Virus record (IMG/VR): IMGVR_UViG_3300042270_000651
Coordinates: 30,209-94,208 of that record
Length of the DNA stretch: 64,000 nucleotides
Direction: 5' to 3' (one strand)
Source: a virus
Taxonomy: Duplodnaviria; Caudoviricetes
A program made the translations under genes and the position numbers. The notes beneath the pieces are model-generated. The model saw only the letters and a list, made by a program, of their open reading frames with translations. It was not told the origin of the DNA and ran no database searches. Of the stretch, positions 62,854 to 64,000 are shown piece by piece. Every line of letters begins with the position of its first letter. Position 1 is the first letter of the stretch.

Positions 62854-63202
62854 GGTCTACACCCTCCTTGGTGGTTTGATTGACACCCTCCATCGTGCGT
62901 GAAGGGTTCTTGGCAGGCAAAAGGTTGTTCTCCAGCCTGTTCTTGATGATCGCCGCCGCGCAATAGACCAAGGCCCCGAGAAGCTCCTTGTCCTTGGTTT
63001 CCGGCGTCATGCGCTGGGCCTCCTGCATCTTCTTTGCGGCCTGCCCCAGCAGGAAGCCCTCGCCGTACAGGTCGGCCAGCTTGAAGATCGGCTGCTCCAG
63101 GAAATCCTTGCCGCTGCCGTGGCGCTCGCGCCCCTTGCCCTTGGCCGACTGGTCGTATGCGTCGCAGAATGCCTGCCGCATCATGTCATAGCCGGTCGTC
63201 AT
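62846..63202 (-). CDS. Hypothetical phage protein
   Basis: GKGRERH...GQAAKK...ELLGALVY. Confidence 0.7.
   Translation of the reverse strand: MTTGYDMMRQAFCDAYDQSAKGKGRERHGSGKDFLEQPIFKLADLYGEGFLLGQAAKKMQEAQRMTPETKDKELLGALVYCAAAIIKNRLENNLLPAKNPSRTMEGVNQTTKEGVDHD
62892..62920 (-). promoter_or_regulatory. Putative promoter (TTGCCT family)
   Basis: TTGCCT-N17-CACGAT. Confidence 0.4.
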
Positions 63203-63567
63203 CGCGGAAGCCCTCCCAGCAGGAACGCGACCGCCTCTTTCTGGGGGTCCACCTTCACGGGGGGCTTGTCCATGGACAGGAAGGCATCAATCTCGTAGCC
63301 CATCACGGCCAGAATGTCCTCGATCACGTCGATGTCTCCTCGGGCCTGGCCATCTTCCAGGCGTCGCAGCGTTGACCGGTTGACCTTGGCGAGGCTGGCC
63401 AGCTCGCGCTGGGACAGCTCCATCTCCTCGCGGATTTCCTTAACCAGCCCACCCCAGAAGTTGTCCTCGCGCTTGCGTCGGACGCGGTCGATCACGTCCT
63501 GGCTCGGCTCATGGGCGGGCGGGGCGTTGACCTCTTCGTTCAGGTCCAGCAAAGCCTCATCCGACAA
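63199..63567 (-). CDS. XRE-family HTH regulator
   Basis: VKEIREEMELSQRELASLAKVNRSTLRRLEDG. Confidence 0.8.
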   Translation of the reverse strand: MSDEALLDLNEEVNAPPAHEPSQDVIDRVRRKREDNFWGGLVKEIREEMELSQRELASLAKVNRSTLRRLEDGQARGDIDVIEDILAVMGYEIDAFLSMDKPPVKVDPQKEAVAFLLGGLPR

Positions 63568-64000
63568 AGTAACCCTCCTGCTCCAGCATCCTGCGAATGC
63601 GGCGGGCCTGCTTCTCACCGGAGGCCCAGCGCGCATCGGTGGCGTGGTCGGCCAGCTTGTCGAGCAACCTCCTGTAACCCCGGTCGAATGCGCTGCCGGT
63701 CACGACCTCGGGCAGCCGGCCGTCGTCCTGCAGACCCCGCAGCAGCAGGGCATAGGCGATGAACACCTTGACGAGATCGTTGTTGAGCTGGGGCTGTACG
63801 ATCAGGCTGTGCAGGCGGGACGACCGCTTGCAGAGCTTGGCCACCTCCCGTGAGGAGAGGCCATCGAAGGGCGCTTCTATAGCGACCTTCAGGTCCTGGG
63901 CGATCTCTTCGCCCTCCGGGTCCGATCTGAAATTAAGTGCAACTGTGTGCATGATCGCGGCCACTACGGACCGCTCAACACGTCTCCTCGCGCTGACCAT
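63557..64000 (-). CDS. Hypothetical protein (5' end possibly outside the window)
   Basis: Frame open to the window edge. Confidence 0.55.
   Translation of the reverse strand: MVSARRRVERSVVAAIMHTVALNFRSDPEGEEIAQDLKVAIEAPFDGLSSREVAKLCKRSSRLHSLIVQPQLNNDLVKVFIAYALLLRGLQDDGRLPEVVTGSAFDRGYRRLLDKLADHATDARWASGEKQARRIRRMLEQEGYFVG

Larger units (their letters stand above)
2043..62873 (-). promoter_or_regulatory. Family of at least 17 SD hairpins (stem-C-AAGGAG-G-stem), candidate CsrA-type translational operators
   Basis: 2043-2056, 3225-3238, 4079-4090, 6423-6438, 7684-7699, 9322-9333, 41567-41582, 42506-42517, 43315-43326, 43357-43370, 44440-44453, 45058-45069, 47825-47838, 60556-60567, 60922-60937, 61496-61509, 62860-62873. 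Confidence 0.75.

Noticed and set aside
43333-63941. Weaker motif-like sites at 43333 (TGCAATCACTTCGC), 55237 (TGCAAATTATTTTA) and 63928 (TGAAATTAAGTGCA)
   Set aside because: Two or more mismatches to the consensus; left out of the count pending a PWM scan.
1-64000. Many long plus-strand ORFs (e.g. 13209-15176, 19969-21783, 36617-38146, 51407-53029)
   Set aside because: They are antisense shadows of high-GC minus-strand genes, with no recognisable motifs.
1-64000. Integrated prophage boundaries or lysogeny module
   Set aside because: No integrase, att site, divergent repressor switch or host genes in the window, so lifestyle cannot be determined.

Overview
A 64-kb fragment of a high-GC tailed dsDNA phage genome, siphovirus-like, probably with an alphaproteobacterial host (it carries a GcrA-like gene). 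Essentially every gene is on the minus strand. In transcription order (high to low coordinates) it encodes: small early genes and regulators (two XRE HTH, GcrA-like, RapZ-C-like); a glyco-modification cluster (PIG-L deacetylase, SAM methyltransferase, WbqC-like, two GT-B glycosyltransferases, MgsA-C-like, ParB-N); terminase (TerL with an intein); a block with a truncated PPDK, a CsrA-like protein and two CX5R phosphatases; a family A DNA polymerase (UDG-like N-domain, intein); head genes; tail genes (G/GT -1 frameshift, HNH insertion, tape measure); a Cys/Gly-rich fibre next to a GT9 and a carbamoyltransferase; lysis genes; an AAA ATPase; a lambda-O-like initiator with an internal iteron origin; a degenerate DnaC-like protein, DnaB, tRNA-Gly(CCC) with structured flanks, RNase H, primase and SSB. 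Two genome-wide signals stand out. (1) At least 17 Shine-Dalgarno sites are AAGGAG hexaloops on stems whose sequence co-varies. This matches the CsrA/RsmE recognition element, and the phage encodes its own CsrA-like protein. (2) About 29 copies of a 14-bp quasi-palindrome, TGMAAYTGATTKCA, occur roughly every 2 kb, both between genes and inside genes in several reading frames. No integrase, CRISPR array or reverse transcriptase was seen. All family assignments come from reading motifs by eye, not from database searches.
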